DNA of 64,000 nt from Verrucomicrobiales bacterium (GCA_028293445.1 JAQGOU010000115.1:4129-68128), one strand, 5' to 3'. Shown: positions 9,250-19,078, numbered from the stretch's first letter. Made by a program: numbers and translations. The notes: generated by a model not told the origin, from the letters alone.

Positions 9250-10658
9250 CGCTTACCTCCTTTGTCACTACATTGGCAGCATTTACGGCATGTGGCGCGC
9301 AGCATACAACCCAGGTTCATGAGCAAAGCCAGGTTTCCGATGGCAATCAAGAGAAGGCCGAGTGTGCTCGGGCGTAAAAACTTTAAGGCGACAAGAAAAC
9401 CACTACCGCCGGCGTTCATCGATTGACCTTGTTTCACGCCGCCCAGGCCAAGGGCTACCACTAAGATGATGAGTCCAATTGCCACGAGCCAATAATGCAT
9501 ATTCGCCAGCGCGGGACGGGGCCATTCCATCAAGGTCAAGCGCGGCGCGATGTAATAAATCGCACCGAAAAAGGCCATCGCGATAAATCCATATAGCCAG
9601 AGATTCGAAATGGCGCCCGTAAAGATTGTAAATTCTGTGACATCATTGACGAGAGGAAGCGAATTGCCAGCCGTCAAAAGTCCCGCGATTAACAAACTGA
9701 TCATGGCGAAAACCATGAACCGCAGGGTGATATTTCCTTTTACGGAATTATTGGCGAGCGTCAAACGCCAGTTCACAACAAGCGCCAAAATGGGAATCAG
9801 TAACAGAAGTCGTGCGGCGGCGCTCACGGCCGGCAGCCAACTCGGTAACGGAACACCTGCTGGAATACCACACCAGCCACCGAAAAAGATAAAGGTCCAG
9901 AACGCAAACAACGCGAGATAGTAACTATGCAACGGTTGGCCAGAAATTTTCGGGATGAAATAGAAGACGGTGGCGATCGCAACGGAGGCCAGCCAGAGAA
10001 AGAGAAAGTTTCCGATGAACCAATAGTCCACGACGGACTGCATCACACCACGAACGGGGTGAATCAAAAGAAGCAGATTCGCCGTGGTCAATGTCCAGGG
10101 CAAAATGAAGAGCGCTGCCATCAAAAACCATTGGGAGACGTAGGTCGTCCGCTTAACGCGCGCGTGATAAGTCGCCACGGCAACAATGCCGATCAGGATG
10201 AAGGCGACAACAAAGAGCGGTGCCGCATAACGTGGAACTTCAAACCAGTCAAAGCCAGTGCTGTCACCGGCAAGAATTCCCACAATGCCAATCGCCAGGG
10301 CGAGGTTCCAGAAAACCGCACCGATGGTTGCCGCTGAGGCGTTGACCAATCGAACACGACCCAATTGACAGGTCAGCCAGAGCACAAGTCCAATGGCCAC
10401 TTCAGAAGCAAAGCCGTAGAGAAAGATGTCTGTTTGCGCCGCTTGAAGCCGGCCATAGGTCAGCAAGGGACATTCGGCCAACATCGCAGGCGCGTGCAGC
10501 TTAATGGAGGCGACCAAGGCCACGAGCGAGCCGAGGATCAGCCAAAGAGTCGCAGAGAAAAACAAGAACAGCACAGGACCGCGACACGAAGCGTCGATAT
10601 CAGCGCTGGAATATTTTACGGCGCTGGCGTCGGTTGGATTTGCGGACACTGACGTCAT
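9246..10658 (-). CDS. CcoN-like (heme-copper oxidase subunit I, C-family fold) protein lacking the canonical His ligands
   Basis: 470 aa polytopic membrane protein with CcoN-type motifs (YGRLQ, KRTTYVSQWF, FYFIPK, LRFMV, MHYWLVAIG). The six ligand histidines appear substituted (see finding). Confidence 0.8.
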   Translation of the reverse strand: MTSVSANPTDASAVKYSSADIDASCRGPVLFLFFSATLWLILGSLVALVASIKLHAPAMLAECPLLTYGRLQAAQTDIFLYGFASEVAIGLVLWLTCQLGRVRLVNASAATIGAVFWNLALAIGIVGILAGDSTGFDWFEVPRYAAPLFVVAFILIGIVAVATYHARVKRTTYVSQWFLMAALFILPWTLTTANLLLLIHPVRGVMQSVVDYWFIGNFLFLWLASVAIATVFYFIPKISGQPLHSYYLALFAFWTFIFFGGWCGIPAGVPLPSWLPAVSAAARLLLLIPILALVVNWRLTLANNSVKGNITLRFMVFAMISLLIAGLLTAGNSLPLVNDVTEFTIFTGAISNLWLYGFIAMAFFGAIYYIAPRLTLMEWPRPALANMHYWLVAIGLIILVVALGLGGVKQGQSMNAGGSGFLVALKFLRPSTLGLLLIAIGNLALLMNLGCMLRATCRKCCQCSDKGGKR

Positions 10659-10679
10659 TGTAGTTTGGCGCGCGGACGA

Positions 10680-11057
10680 TTATTCAAACTGGCTCGGTTT
10701 CTCCGGCGGTTTCGGCGGAACGAACGTAGCTTTTTCGACCCGGGCGATCAAATTGGAGCGACCGGCTTTCGGTTCTTTCCATTCCTCAATCAGCGCAGCC
10801 TTCGCTTGCTCAATGGGGAGACGACCGAGCTTTTTCGCGGCATCGAGAACACCAGCGTTGTTGAGGGCGTCAGCATTCGCTGCTTGCAGGTCAGATAAAT
10901 TCTTACGACGCAGCGCAATACGGTCTTCGCCAAGCGGGGCTGGCGTGGTCTTTTCGATCATGAACCATACCAACAATCCAACGACGATAAAAGATCCTAC
11001 GATACCGATTGCGTAGGCGGCTTTCTGTTTGCACGAACAATTGCTTTCGTTGCTCAT
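10680..11057 (-). CDS. Small single-pass membrane protein, ACIII/oxidase-associated, unknown function
   Basis: 125 aa. TM AYAIGIVGSFIVVGLLVWFMI. Sits in the operon between actF and the CcoN-like gene. Confidence 0.6.
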   Translation of the reverse strand: MSNESNCSCKQKAAYAIGIVGSFIVVGLLVWFMIEKTTPAPLGEDRIALRRKNLSDLQAANADALNNAGVLDAAKKLGRLPIEQAKAALIEEWKEPKAGRSNLIARVEKATFVPPKPPEKPSQFE

Positions 11058-11097
11058 TGAATACCTCCGTCGAAATAAAGTTCAGCGTAACGGTTCA

Positions 11098-12378
11098 TTA
11101 TTTTGCGTGACCGGGAGCGGTCGCTATATCGGATGGCGCAACGTACATATCGAGACCTTCGGCGAGGCGAGGATCGCGAATCGGATAAGGCGCATGCGCG
11201 CGGAAGTTGCGGAGCCAGACCAAAGCGAGCAAGCCAACCATGAATGCGAGGCACGCGAGATCCAGAGCAACGCTACCGGCTGTGATGCCGTTCGGATGCG
11301 GAGTCGGTCCAATATTAAATTCCAGATCGACGAAATGCATGATCCACGCCCAGACAAAGAGCGGCACCATGACCGGCAACGTGAGTTTGGCATCGATGCG
11401 GAGCAGCGAAAGGAACGGGAGAAAGAAATGGCCGAAGATCAGCAACATGCCGAGATCCCAGAAATTTCCTTTTTCGCGGACGGCATACCAGAAGGTTTCT
11501 TCCGGCATGTTGGCGTTCCAGATAATGAAATACTGCGAGAAAGTGACGTAAGCGTAAAAAACGGTGAACGCAAAGATCAACGATCCGATGAAGTAAAACT
11601 GTTTTTGCTTCAACACTTCACGAAGCTGTCCATTTTGCCGTTTCAGGATTGCCGCGACCAAATATACGGTGGCCAACGTCATCCACACACTGCCCGCAAA
11701 GTAATAGACCGGATACATCGTCGAGAACCATTCGTGCATCAACGCTTTCATCCACATGATCGCTCCCAACGTCAGCGTGACGGCAAAGACGAAGATTCCG
11801 AGGCTCGCGTAGAACCGCATTTTGAGGGTGCATTCGGCAGCGCCGGTTTCATCCTGCTTCAGTGACCATGCCTTCAAGCCACGTGCAAAAATAAACCACA
11901 TGACAAAGTTGAAAGCTGCCACGCCGAAAAAGCCCGCGACCGTAAAGAGGGGTTGCTTGGCTTGCAACGCATGATCATGTCCCGCTGCGGCTGGATTGGT
12001 TAGGAGCTCGTTCATCCAGGGATACAAACTCGGGAGATGCAAACCAATCGCCGGAGCCATCGCATAAATTCCAATCGGGATAAAAAGGAAAGGCAACACT
12101 TGATACGTCATCGCGCCCAAATGTTCATTGATACGACGGATCGGAACCGACCAGCTGGCATCGAAAAGATGGTGAATCAGCGTCAGAAAAAATCCGCCCA
12201 TGCAGAGGCTCACCGCGAACATGAAGGCGAGAAGCCATGAATAACCAAATTGCTTTGGATCGACAGCGAGCCCGATCAACGCGCCAATGCCACCGAGCAC
12301 CATCAGAACAATGGGCAGGTTTTTCCAGCGCGATAGATCAAGCGGCACAAATTTCTCTGATTCACCGTGCGAACTCAT
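11098..12378 (-). CDS. actF: Alternative Complex III subunit ActF (NrfD-like membrane subunit)
   Basis: 426 aa polytopic membrane protein at the ActF position after ActE in the conserved actABCDEF order. Confidence 0.75.
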   Translation of the reverse strand: MSSHGESEKFVPLDLSRWKNLPIVLMVLGGIGALIGLAVDPKQFGYSWLLAFMFAVSLCMGGFFLTLIHHLFDASWSVPIRRINEHLGAMTYQVLPFLFIPIGIYAMAPAIGLHLPSLYPWMNELLTNPAAAGHDHALQAKQPLFTVAGFFGVAAFNFVMWFIFARGLKAWSLKQDETGAAECTLKMRFYASLGIFVFAVTLTLGAIMWMKALMHEWFSTMYPVYYFAGSVWMTLATVYLVAAILKRQNGQLREVLKQKQFYFIGSLIFAFTVFYAYVTFSQYFIIWNANMPEETFWYAVREKGNFWDLGMLLIFGHFFLPFLSLLRIDAKLTLPVMVPLFVWAWIMHFVDLEFNIGPTPHPNGITAGSVALDLACLAFMVGLLALVWLRNFRAHAPYPIRDPRLAEGLDMYVAPSDIATAPGHAK

Positions 12379-12380
12379 AG

Positions 12381-13007
12381 CTATTTTTTGAAATTGGACT
12401 GCACACTCGCCGGCAATTCATCGCCGAATGCCAAACGACTGCGTTGCAACGCACGAACGTAAGCAACAATCTTCCAGCGATCTTCGACAGATACTAATCC
12501 GCCGTAGGCTCCCATTAGATTCTTACCATGGGTGATGGTGTTAAAAATGTCACCATCCGCCAGCATCACCAGACGTTTGTCATGGAAATTCGCCATCGCG
12601 ACCATGCCATATTTTCCCGTGATACCTTTGCCATCGCCGACAGCGCCGTGACAGGGTGAACAGCTGATATTATAACGCTCTTGACCGCGGTTCAGCATCG
12701 TAATGTCTATCGGAAGCGGATTGGTTTCGACCCAATTCGTCGTGCCGGTTTCGCGACCGGTGTTGAGCACGTTCTCTTCAAAGTTTGAACCACGGGCAAT
12801 GCTTCCGGCTGGATGCCGTTGCGAGCTCAGGTTCTCCGGGAGCATTGGATTGAACGTTTGCGGACGAAGCTTCGGCTGGCGATCCATGTCCGGAAACAAT
12901 TCAATCGGCGGTTTGCGCGACATGCTGCCGCGTTTTCCAGCAATGACTGTGACCGTGATGACGATCAGCACCAGGGGAACCAGGAAATATTTTACAAAGG
13001 CTCTCAT
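12381..13007 (-). CDS. actE: Alternative Complex III subunit ActE (monoheme cytochrome c)
   Basis: 208 aa. N-terminal TM/lipobox-like region, single CSPCHG heme motif. Position follows ActD. Confidence 0.8.
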   Translation of the reverse strand: MRAFVKYFLVPLVLIVITVTVIAGKRGSMSRKPPIELFPDMDRQPKLRPQTFNPMLPENLSSQRHPAGSIARGSNFEENVLNTGRETGTTNWVETNPLPIDITMLNRGQERYNISCSPCHGAVGDGKGITGKYGMVAMANFHDKRLVMLADGDIFNTITHGKNLMGAYGGLVSVEDRWKIVAYVRALQRSRLAFGDELPASVQSNFKK

Positions 13008-13546
13008 TATTCCTCCACAATCTCGATGCGCTTGCTGCCGGTCGATTCAAGCAACTTGCGGGTTTCGGTTTCGGAATATTTCGGATCAGTTGTTTCGATC
13101 ACGAGGAAAAACTTATCATGCGTCGCGAGCCGAAAGCGTCCGTGCTTAAGCAACGGATGGTGCAAGCGCGGAAGCCGATTCAAAAACAACATGCCAGCGA
13201 TCGCTCCGAAAGAACCCAATAGAATCGTGAGTTCATACGACGGCGGGAAAGCGCCAAATGGACTGAACATCGGTTTACCGCCAACGACGATTGGATAATC
13301 GACTGCGTTCATCCACCAGATCATCACCATGCCCAATGTATAACCGGTCACACCCCCGACGAATGAGAACCAACCAACCTTGGAATTCTTAAGTCCCATG
13401 GCGTTATCCATTCCATGAATCGGAAATGGCGTAAACACATCCCAGTTAAGAAAACCGGAATCTCGAATTTTCTCCGCGGCGTGCATCACGTCAGCGGGCG
13501 TGTCAAATTCAGCAATGACACCGTATGGACGAGGAGTAGCACTCAT
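13007..13546 (-). CDS. actD: Alternative Complex III subunit ActD (DUF3341)
   Basis: 179 aa. YGVIAEFDTPADVMHAAEKIRDSGF followed by two TM helices is the typical ActD/DUF3341 pattern. Its stop/start shares 1 nt with each neighbour. Confidence 0.8.
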   Translation of the reverse strand: MSATPRPYGVIAEFDTPADVMHAAEKIRDSGFLNWDVFTPFPIHGMDNAMGLKNSKVGWFSFVGGVTGYTLGMVMIWWMNAVDYPIVVGGKPMFSPFGAFPPSYELTILLGSFGAIAGMLFLNRLPRLHHPLLKHGRFRLATHDKFFLVIETTDPKYSETETRKLLESTGSKRIEIVEE

Positions 13547-14961
13547 TAGTGATGTCCTCCTTTTGCGCCACCCAGCGGGTGATGCGGATCCGCTTGAGGC
13601 GTGACCCCTTTCACTTCACTGATTGCGATTACGGGCAGGAATCTCAGGAACAAAAGGAACAACGTAAAGAACAGGCCGAACGTTCCCATGTAAGTGGCGA
13701 TGTCCACCCATGTCGGACGGAAATATCCCCAGTTCGCGGGAATGAAATCGCGATACAAAGATGTGACTACGATTTCAAAACGTTCAAACCACATACCAAT
13801 GTTTACAAAGATCGAGAGTATCCAGACCAAAAGCAGATTGTGGCGGAACTTTTTAATCCAGAACAATTGTGGGAACACAACGTTGCAGGCGATCATCGTC
13901 CAGTAACCCCACCAGAAGGTTCCGAAAGCACGATTCATAAAGATGGTGCGCTCAAAAGGATTGCCGCCATACCAGGCGATAAAGAACTCCATACCGTAGG
14001 CATATCCGACGATGGAACCGGTCGCGAGCGTGACTTTGCACATCAAATCGATGTGGCGCATCGTGATCACATCTTCCAGTTTGCAAATTGTCCGCAAAGG
14101 AATCAGCAAGGTCAGCACCATGCCGAATCCGGAGAACACAGCGCCCGCCACGAAATACGGCGGGAAAATGGTCGTGTGCCAACCGGGCAACTGCGACACC
14201 GCGAAGTCCAGCGACACGATGGAGTGCACGGACAAGACTAGCGGTGTGGAGAGACCCGCTAAAATCAAATAGGCTTTTTCGTAGTTGCTCCAGTGGCGGT
14301 TTGATCCAGTCCAACCGAGCGAAAACAAACCATATGCAAATTTACGGATCTTGGTTTTCGCACGATCACGCATGACCGCGAGGTCAGGAACCAGTCCGAT
14401 ATACCAGAACAACGCCGAAACCGTAAAATAGGTCGAGACCGCGAACACGTCCCACATCAGCGGTGAACGGAACTGCGGCCAGATACTATTCGAGTTTGGC
14501 AGCGGGAAGAGCCAATAACCAAACCAAACACGACCGATGTGAACGACCGGAAAAATACCGGCGCACATGACCGCGAAGATTGTCATCGCTTCGGCCGCAC
14601 GATTCACCGCCGTGCGCCATTTCTGACGCAACAAAAATAGAATCGCTGAAATCAGCGTCCCTGCGTGACCGATACCGATCCACCACACGAAGTTAATAAT
14701 CGCCCAACCCCACATGACTGGATGACCAGGTCCCCAAACACCAACGCCCGTGCTGACCAGGTACGCCAACATAACGAACAGCATGGTCGCTAACAGAATG
14801 CTCGGAATAAAAGCAAGCCACCACCACATGGGCGTCTTGCCTTCAGCGATTTGCGCAATCTGATCGGATATCCATCCGATGGAGCGATTGTTTTGGACCA
14901 GCGGAATGCGTTCCAAAGACCTCGGCGGCGGCGCCAACTTAAGATTGGTTTGCTCAGCCAT
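13546..14961 (-). CDS. actC: Alternative Complex III subunit ActC (NrfD/PsrC-type quinol-interacting membrane subunit)
   Basis: 471 aa, about 10 TM, NrfD-like. The TAATG junction shares 1 nt with the end of actB. Confidence 0.85.
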   Translation of the reverse strand: MAEQTNLKLAPPPRSLERIPLVQNNRSIGWISDQIAQIAEGKTPMWWWLAFIPSILLATMLFVMLAYLVSTGVGVWGPGHPVMWGWAIINFVWWIGIGHAGTLISAILFLLRQKWRTAVNRAAEAMTIFAVMCAGIFPVVHIGRVWFGYWLFPLPNSNSIWPQFRSPLMWDVFAVSTYFTVSALFWYIGLVPDLAVMRDRAKTKIRKFAYGLFSLGWTGSNRHWSNYEKAYLILAGLSTPLVLSVHSIVSLDFAVSQLPGWHTTIFPPYFVAGAVFSGFGMVLTLLIPLRTICKLEDVITMRHIDLMCKVTLATGSIVGYAYGMEFFIAWYGGNPFERTIFMNRAFGTFWWGYWTMIACNVVFPQLFWIKKFRHNLLLVWILSIFVNIGMWFERFEIVVTSLYRDFIPANWGYFRPTWVDIATYMGTFGLFFTLFLLFLRFLPVIAISEVKGVTPQADPHHPLGGAKGGHH

Positions 14962-15554
14962 TAGTGCGCTCCTTTCTCTGCATGCTCAGAAGTCGTATGG
15001 CCCGGGTGTTTTTCGCCCGCTTCGTGCCCCTCAAATGGGTTCTCATTGTGCTGGTCGAGGTATTCTCTAAGGCTGCCCGGATCTTCGCTGAATTGATCCT
15101 GGATAGCGGGATTCGGATTGCGAATTTTCGCCAGATAGGTCAACCGCGGTTTGGTCGCGAGGAATTCCAGGACTGCGTAATCGCGTTGTTGCTGCTTCAG
15201 CTTCGAGACGCGGCTGTTAGGATCTTTCAGGTTACCGAAAACAATCGCTTCCGTCGGGCAAGCTTGTGCGCAAGCCGTAGTAAACGCGCCATCCGGCACT
15301 TCGATATCTGCTGAAGCGCGGGCTTTAACCTTTTGCGCGATCTTCGCCTGCTCGATACGCTGGACGCAAAACGTGCATTTCTCCATGACGCCGCGCATCC
15401 GGACGCTGACGTCCGGATTCTTGGCGAGCTTGAGCAATTCCCATTCGTCGTCTGGACGATAGGAAACGTCCGGGTTTTTCGCCCAGCGGGCAATATCCCA
15501 TTCACCTTCGGTGCTATGCAGCAAAGGCGTCTGGTAAACCGGCTGTTTCAACAT
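14961..15554 (-). CDS. actB: ActB C-terminal fragment (4Fe-4S ferredoxin-like part), separated from the N-terminal part by an in-frame TAA
   Basis: ORF of 197 aa ([11 protein letters not shown]..., [16 protein letters not shown]). The 31 codons upstream (15555-15647) are in the same frame and read [31 protein letters not shown], a conserved Fe-S cluster motif. Confidence 0.8.
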   Translation of the reverse strand: MLKQPVYQTPLLHSTEGEWDIARWAKNPDVSYRPDDEWELLKLAKNPDVSVRMRGVMEKCTFCVQRIEQAKIAQKVKARASADIEVPDGAFTTACAQACPTEAIVFGNLKDPNSRVSKLKQQQRDYAVLEFLATKPRLTYLAKIRNPNPAIQDQFSEDPGSLREYLDQHNENPFEGHEAGEKHPGHTTSEHAEKGAH

Positions 15555-15647
15555 GTCCAGCGGACGCTTGTTGTAATCGAAATAGTTAAAGCGACGAACC
15601 TTATATGGGCAGTTGTTCGAGCAGTATCTTGTCCCGACACAACTGTT

Positions 15648-18401
15648 TTAGACCATGACGTTCAGGCCTTCCTGATCGTGCACGGTTGCGTTCACCGGAC
15701 AGACGCTTTCGCACGGAGCTTTTTCGCAATGCTGGCAAAGCATCGGCTGGGTGATCATCTGCGGATCAGCCATGTTGGCCTCGAGCAAAGCTTCGCGATC
15801 TTTGTCGGCATTCCACGGAGCGCTGTCTTTTTTCCAAGGCAAACCACTGGTGAAATAACGGTCGATACGGATCCAGTGCATTTCGCGATTGTTGCGAACC
15901 TGGTCCTTCCCAACGATCGGAATATTATTTTCGCTCTGGCAAGCCACCATACAAGCGGAGCAACCAACGCAGTTGCTCAGATCGATGGACATTCCCCACG
16001 CATGAACAGCGACGTCGTTGGCTTTGTCCAACGGATTGGGATACATGCGGCCATCCGGATTTTCATGCGGCATGAGCGACGGCTCTTCCATCTGCATCGC
16101 CTTTGCGAAATCCGGTTTTTTACGAAACTGTTCGAGATTGGCTTCGCGAATAATCGGGCGACCTTCCATGGCCCAATGATCCTGCGTCGTTGCCAGCGGA
16201 TGCATCGCGTCCGTTTTGAGCACCTTCGCGCCAGAGGCAATATAAATTCCGTGAGTAGTTCTCAGCAGGTAAGCGTTATAACCGGTGCCTTTGCCAATGC
16301 GACCGCTGCGCGTGCGACCGTAGCCGAGGGCAAGTCCGAGCGTAAAATCAGCCATGCCAGGCTGAATCCAAATAGGCCCTTCTATTTCGCGGCCATCTAC
16401 CTGCACTTTGATCACTGGCACCTGAAGGTTGTTGTTCTCTTTGTTCTCAACCTTTAGTCCGAGCGCCTTTGCCGTCTTGTAGCTCATCAAAATGACATTT
16501 TCCCATGTCAACTTGGTGATCGGATCCGGCAATTCCTGCAACCAGCCATTATTATTATAACGGCCATCATCCACCTTGGAGTCGCGATGGAAAACTACTT
16601 CCAGGGCGTTCGCAGTGGGCGGCAGATCCAGCACAATTTTGCTGAGTGCCTGTGAAATCTTTTCCTTCTCGAACTCGGGCGCGGCGGAACGTCCGGCTGT
16701 TCCATTGATGAAGCCGTCGTGCAGGAACCTCTTCCACATTTCTTCGGAAGCAGTGTCCTTCGCTTTACCTGGGAAAATTTGCTCGTGAAACGTTTCGCGA
16801 ACGATTTCGTAAGCGCTCGTCGGGGTCAGGCCGCCGATGCGCGCCAAAAATTCCAATTCACGAACGCCATTGAACAACGGTTCAATCAAAGGCTGAACCG
16901 CAGTCAGGGTACCATCCCCCGTGCGAACGTCGCCCCACGATTCCAAATAGTGCGCCATTGGAAAATGCCACGTGCTCACGGTCGCCGTTTCATCTTCGTA
17001 GTAGCCGAGGCGAATAACATTTTTCGCTTTCTTACAAGCGTTGGCAAAATCGAGTTCTACCGGCGCATTATAAACTGGGTTCCCACCAATGATTACGAGC
17101 GTATCGACCCGGCCATCATGGAGACGTTGCGCCAGTTTCTGGAGCGTTCCTTCTTCCTGCTTCGGCGCCGAATACAACATCACGGTCGAACCAAAGTTTC
17201 CTAGCATTTGATTGATCAAATGCGACATGACATGCACCACTTGCGGCTGACGATACCCCGCGCAAACCACGCATTTTTTGCCGTGTTGCACCAGGTCCTT
17301 CACGCATTCCGCAATCCACTTCTCTTCTTTCTCTGTGAATTTGTAGGAGCGGTGAATTTCTGTAAAATCTGCGATCTGCTTTCCACCAACCGCGCGTTGC
17401 ACTTCGGTGGCCACGCGGGCTGCGACGGCAATGATCTGACTGGTCGCGACACCCAGCCGGTGATCTGCCGCTGCGCCGGTCAAGGTGAAGAGACCCTCAA
17501 CAACATAAAGACGATTCATGTTGTCTTCCGCTTTTTCGATCCGACGGCCTTTGCTAAAGCCGCGCATCAAACGGAAGCTCTCCTGTTCAGATCCAATGAA
17601 ATCGCAGTCGAGCGACAAAATGCGCTCGGCTTGTTCGAGATGATATTCTACCTTGTAACTGTCCCGATAAAACAACGATGAAGCAGCTTCATCCGCCACG
17701 CTCAAATCCACCGGCTCGTAAGAGAACCAACGAACTTGTTTATACTTTTCCGCGATGATCTTTTGCAGCCGTAGCCGGGAGGGCGAACTGCTCTGTTCCA
17801 TCAGGAAATAAATGCCGTCGCCTTCATTTTGCGAGGCTTTCTTCGCAAATTCGGCCAGATAATCCAAGGCCACTTCGCGCTGAACATCTTTGCCTTCCTT
17901 GGCAAAACGCATCGCACGATCCGGATCATAAAGGTTCAGCACCGACGCTTGTGTGAAAGTATCCGTTCCGCCGTGCTTAAAGCCGGCGTGCTCCGGAGCT
18001 TCGTTGCTCTGATAGGCCGGATGATCCGCGTTTCCTTCAATCTTCGTCGGACGACCATCGCTCGACTTTACCAAAACCGGCACTGCGCTACCGCGCGTTG
18101 GCCGCGCCGAGGCAAAGTATTCAGGAACCCCGTGGGTGTAACCTTGCGGCTGCTTGGAAAACGGAAGGATTTTTTCTTCCGGCCGACGGCATCCAGTCAA
18201 ACCAACCCCCGCCAAGAGCGCAGAGGCCGACATTAACTTAACGAAATTACGGCGAGTAACAGGATCGCGCAGTTCGCTGGCGCCCTGAGGGAACTCGCGT
18301 TCCACCATCGCTTGAAACTCCGGCGTCTCGGCCAATTGGTCGATACTGCGCCAATATTTCTGGCCTTCTGGTTCCGGGCAAACTGGAGGAATGGTTTTCA
18401 T
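15648..18401 (-). CDS. actB: ActB N-terminal part (Tat signal, molybdopterin-oxidoreductase-like domain, first Fe-S motifs), ending at an in-frame TAA
   Basis: 917 aa. Twin-arginine signal TRRNFVKLMSASALLAG, MopB-like domain, CVGCSACMVACQSENN, CQHCEKAPCESVCP. Ends ...EGLNVMV* where homologs continue. Confidence 0.85.
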   Translation of the reverse strand: MKTIPPVCPEPEGQKYWRSIDQLAETPEFQAMVEREFPQGASELRDPVTRRNFVKLMSASALLAGVGLTGCRRPEEKILPFSKQPQGYTHGVPEYFASARPTRGSAVPVLVKSSDGRPTKIEGNADHPAYQSNEAPEHAGFKHGGTDTFTQASVLNLYDPDRAMRFAKEGKDVQREVALDYLAEFAKKASQNEGDGIYFLMEQSSSPSRLRLQKIIAEKYKQVRWFSYEPVDLSVADEAASSLFYRDSYKVEYHLEQAERILSLDCDFIGSEQESFRLMRGFSKGRRIEKAEDNMNRLYVVEGLFTLTGAAADHRLGVATSQIIAVAARVATEVQRAVGGKQIADFTEIHRSYKFTEKEEKWIAECVKDLVQHGKKCVVCAGYRQPQVVHVMSHLINQMLGNFGSTVMLYSAPKQEEGTLQKLAQRLHDGRVDTLVIIGGNPVYNAPVELDFANACKKAKNVIRLGYYEDETATVSTWHFPMAHYLESWGDVRTGDGTLTAVQPLIEPLFNGVRELEFLARIGGLTPTSAYEIVRETFHEQIFPGKAKDTASEEMWKRFLHDGFINGTAGRSAAPEFEKEKISQALSKIVLDLPPTANALEVVFHRDSKVDDGRYNNNGWLQELPDPITKLTWENVILMSYKTAKALGLKVENKENNNLQVPVIKVQVDGREIEGPIWIQPGMADFTLGLALGYGRTRSGRIGKGTGYNAYLLRTTHGIYIASGAKVLKTDAMHPLATTQDHWAMEGRPIIREANLEQFRKKPDFAKAMQMEEPSLMPHENPDGRMYPNPLDKANDVAVHAWGMSIDLSNCVGCSACMVACQSENNIPIVGKDQVRNNREMHWIRIDRYFTSGLPWKKDSAPWNADKDREALLEANMADPQMITQPMLCQHCEKAPCESVCPVNATVHDQEGLNVMV

Positions 18402-19078
18402 CGATGACAGGCAGAGCAGTTTTGCAAAGATTCAACGTGCCATTCTTTGACAAGCTCTTTGCCGTGATTCTTTTGGAAGTTTGGATCGCTCGGCTTCCAG
18501 TCGAGATCGGTAATCTTGTCGAGGTCGCGAATGTTCGCGGCAGGGTTGCGATGGCAATCCAGACAAAAAGTCATCGTCAACGGCTTTTCCTGGCGCACTT
18601 CGTCCAGGTGATTGACGTTGCCATGGCATTTCACGCAACTGACGCCGCGGTTCACGTGCACGGAGTGATTGAAATAGACGTAATCCGGAACTTTATGCAC
18701 CTGAATCCAGGGAATCGGCTTCCCACTCAGCGCACTTTCCCGAACCAAGGCCAATTTCGGGTCATCCTTCAAAACCTGCGAATGGCAATTCATACAGGTC
18801 GAAGCGGACGGAATATTCGAATACCACGATTTTTCCACCGCACTATGGCAGTAACGGCAGTCAACGCCGAGTTGGCCTGCGTGAATTTCGTGGGAGAAAG
18901 CAACCGGCTGGATCGGCTGGTAACCGACGTTCGCATAAGCGGGCGTCAAATAATACCAGGCACCCGCCACAACGGCGCTGCCGAGCAGCAACGCGCCAAC
19001 CGCCACCTGCAGCGGCAGGTGGTTGGTCCACTTTGGAAAAATGTCTGACATTTGGTGTTCAGAGACCGGCACACGCAA
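18398..19078 (-). CDS. actA: Alternative Complex III subunit ActA (pentaheme cytochrome c)
   Basis: 226 aa. N-terminal TM plus five CxxCH motifs (CRYCH, CMNCH, CVKCH, CLDCH, CSACH). 4-nt overlap with actB. Confidence 0.9.
   Translation of the reverse strand: MRVPVSEHQMSDIFPKWTNHLPLQVAVGALLLGSAVVAGAWYYLTPAYANVGYQPIQPVAFSHEIHAGQLGVDCRYCHSAVEKSWYSNIPSASTCMNCHSQVLKDDPKLALVRESALSGKPIPWIQVHKVPDYVYFNHSVHVNRGVSCVKCHGNVNHLDEVRQEKPLTMTFCLDCHRNPAANIRDLDKITDLDWKPSDPNFQKNHGKELVKEWHVESLQNCSACHR

Noticed and set aside
15333-16457. Long antisense ORFs opposite well-supported genes: 15333..16457, 11029..11865, 29093..30277, 31997..33133, 32763..33863, 35243..35956, 36214..36894, 54784..55770, 59077..59874, 6231..6908 and 2736..3431.
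   Set aside because: Each lies wholly inside a gene on the other strand that has strong family motifs. Their products are Arg/His/Phe-rich with no domains, which is typical of shadow ORFs in coding DNA.
14961-18401. Interpreting the two actB ORFs as naturally separate B1 (MopB-like) and B2 (ferredoxin-like) subunits.
   Set aside because: The break is not at a domain boundary. It falls inside the ferredoxin-like part, after two Cys motifs. The 31 codons between the stop and the next Met are in frame and encode a conserved CxxxxxCxxxCP cluster motif, so it is one gene interrupted by a single TAA.
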